Source: Monocercomonoides exilis PA203 (Eukaryota > Protista > Preaxostyla). Taken from it: DNA of 9,905 bases. Position numbers and translations under genes: made by a program. Under the pieces are notes generated by a model, which did not search any database, had not been told where the DNA came from, and saw only the letters and a program-made list of their open reading frames with translations. Of this stretch, positions 9,485 through 9,905 are shown in pieces (position 1 is the first letter of the stretch; every line of letters begins with the position of its first letter). Where the stretch lies: assembly GCA_001643675.2 (NCBI GenBank), contig LSRY02000099.1:1-9905 (forward strand), given 5' to 3'.

Positions 9485-9790
9485 ATTGTAATGTCCAACC
9501 GTGACATTTAAACCAAAAAAGCCATGACAAGTTTGACCCTGCCACATCTTCCTTCAGTAGGAATCGAGATCTACTTTTACTATATAAACGGGGCTATTAC
9601 CCTCTCCGGCATTCCTTTCCAAAAACAAAAATAGAAATTTTGATCTCTAAATCATATTCCCGTCACTGACATTAATCTCTCAGAGTTTGACCCCCAAGAA
9701 ATTACATCTTTAAAGTACAACTCTTATTACTTTTCTATCAATTGTCAGCCAAGTCAAAAGTTGCCTTCCTTCTCAACTAACTCATAATAG
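9485..9790 (-). other. D1 domain with enlarged inserts
   Basis: Conserved anchors aacaacccgactc (9470-9482), acggggctattaccctc (9588-9604) and gattttaactttgggct (9791-9807) are separated by inserts of ~100 and ~170 nt. Confidence 0.7.
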
Positions 9791-9905
9791 ATTTTAACTT
9801 TGGGCTTTTCCTTCTTCCCTCGCAGGTACTAAAGGAATCCTCGTTAGTTTCTTTTCCTCCGCTTATTAAGATGCTTCAGTTCAGCGGGTAATCTTGCTTG
9901 ATAGC

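Larger units (their letters stand above)
3950..9905 (-). rRNA. Nuclear large-subunit (28S/26S-type) rRNA gene, near complete, with one intron and greatly expanded variable regions
   Basis: Conserved eukaryotic LSU motifs occur in the correct order on the minus strand: ACCCGCTGAACTGAAGCAT...AAGCGGAGGAAAAGAAACTAAC (9844-9889), the NL4/LR3 site CCGTCTTGAAACACGGACC (8477-8495), GCTAAGGAGTGTGTAACAACTCACCTGCCG (~7550-7580), H69-H71 (5849-5870 and 5400-5440), the P-loop region (4763-4783), the sarcin-ricin loop (4340-4353) and GCCTCTAAGTCAGAATC (~4243-4259). The 5' end lies a few nt beyond the window. The 3' end (~3945-3960) is approximate and rests on weak similarity to the terminal LSU helices. 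Confidence 0.98.

Overview
This is eukaryotic DNA from the end of a chromosome or linear rDNA molecule, and it has no credible protein-coding gene. Bases 1 to ~3929 are a 5-bp tandem array, mostly (CCTGG)n, with islands of (CCTAA)n and (CTT)n. The best reading is a ~3.9 kb (TTAGG)n telomere whose C-strand was largely miscalled by nanopore basecalling, although a real variant array is not excluded. From ~3950 to 9905 the minus strand carries a near-complete nuclear LSU (28S-type) rRNA gene transcribed toward the telomere, with almost no 3' spacer. The gene is very long (~5.5 kb without the intron) because of AT-rich expansion segments. It carries one 408-nt subgroup IE group I intron at L1923 and a bacteria-like helix 71, and its telomere-proximal domain V is noisy or degenerate. 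The host is probably a divergent non-metazoan microbial eukaryote; I cannot name it from the sequence alone.
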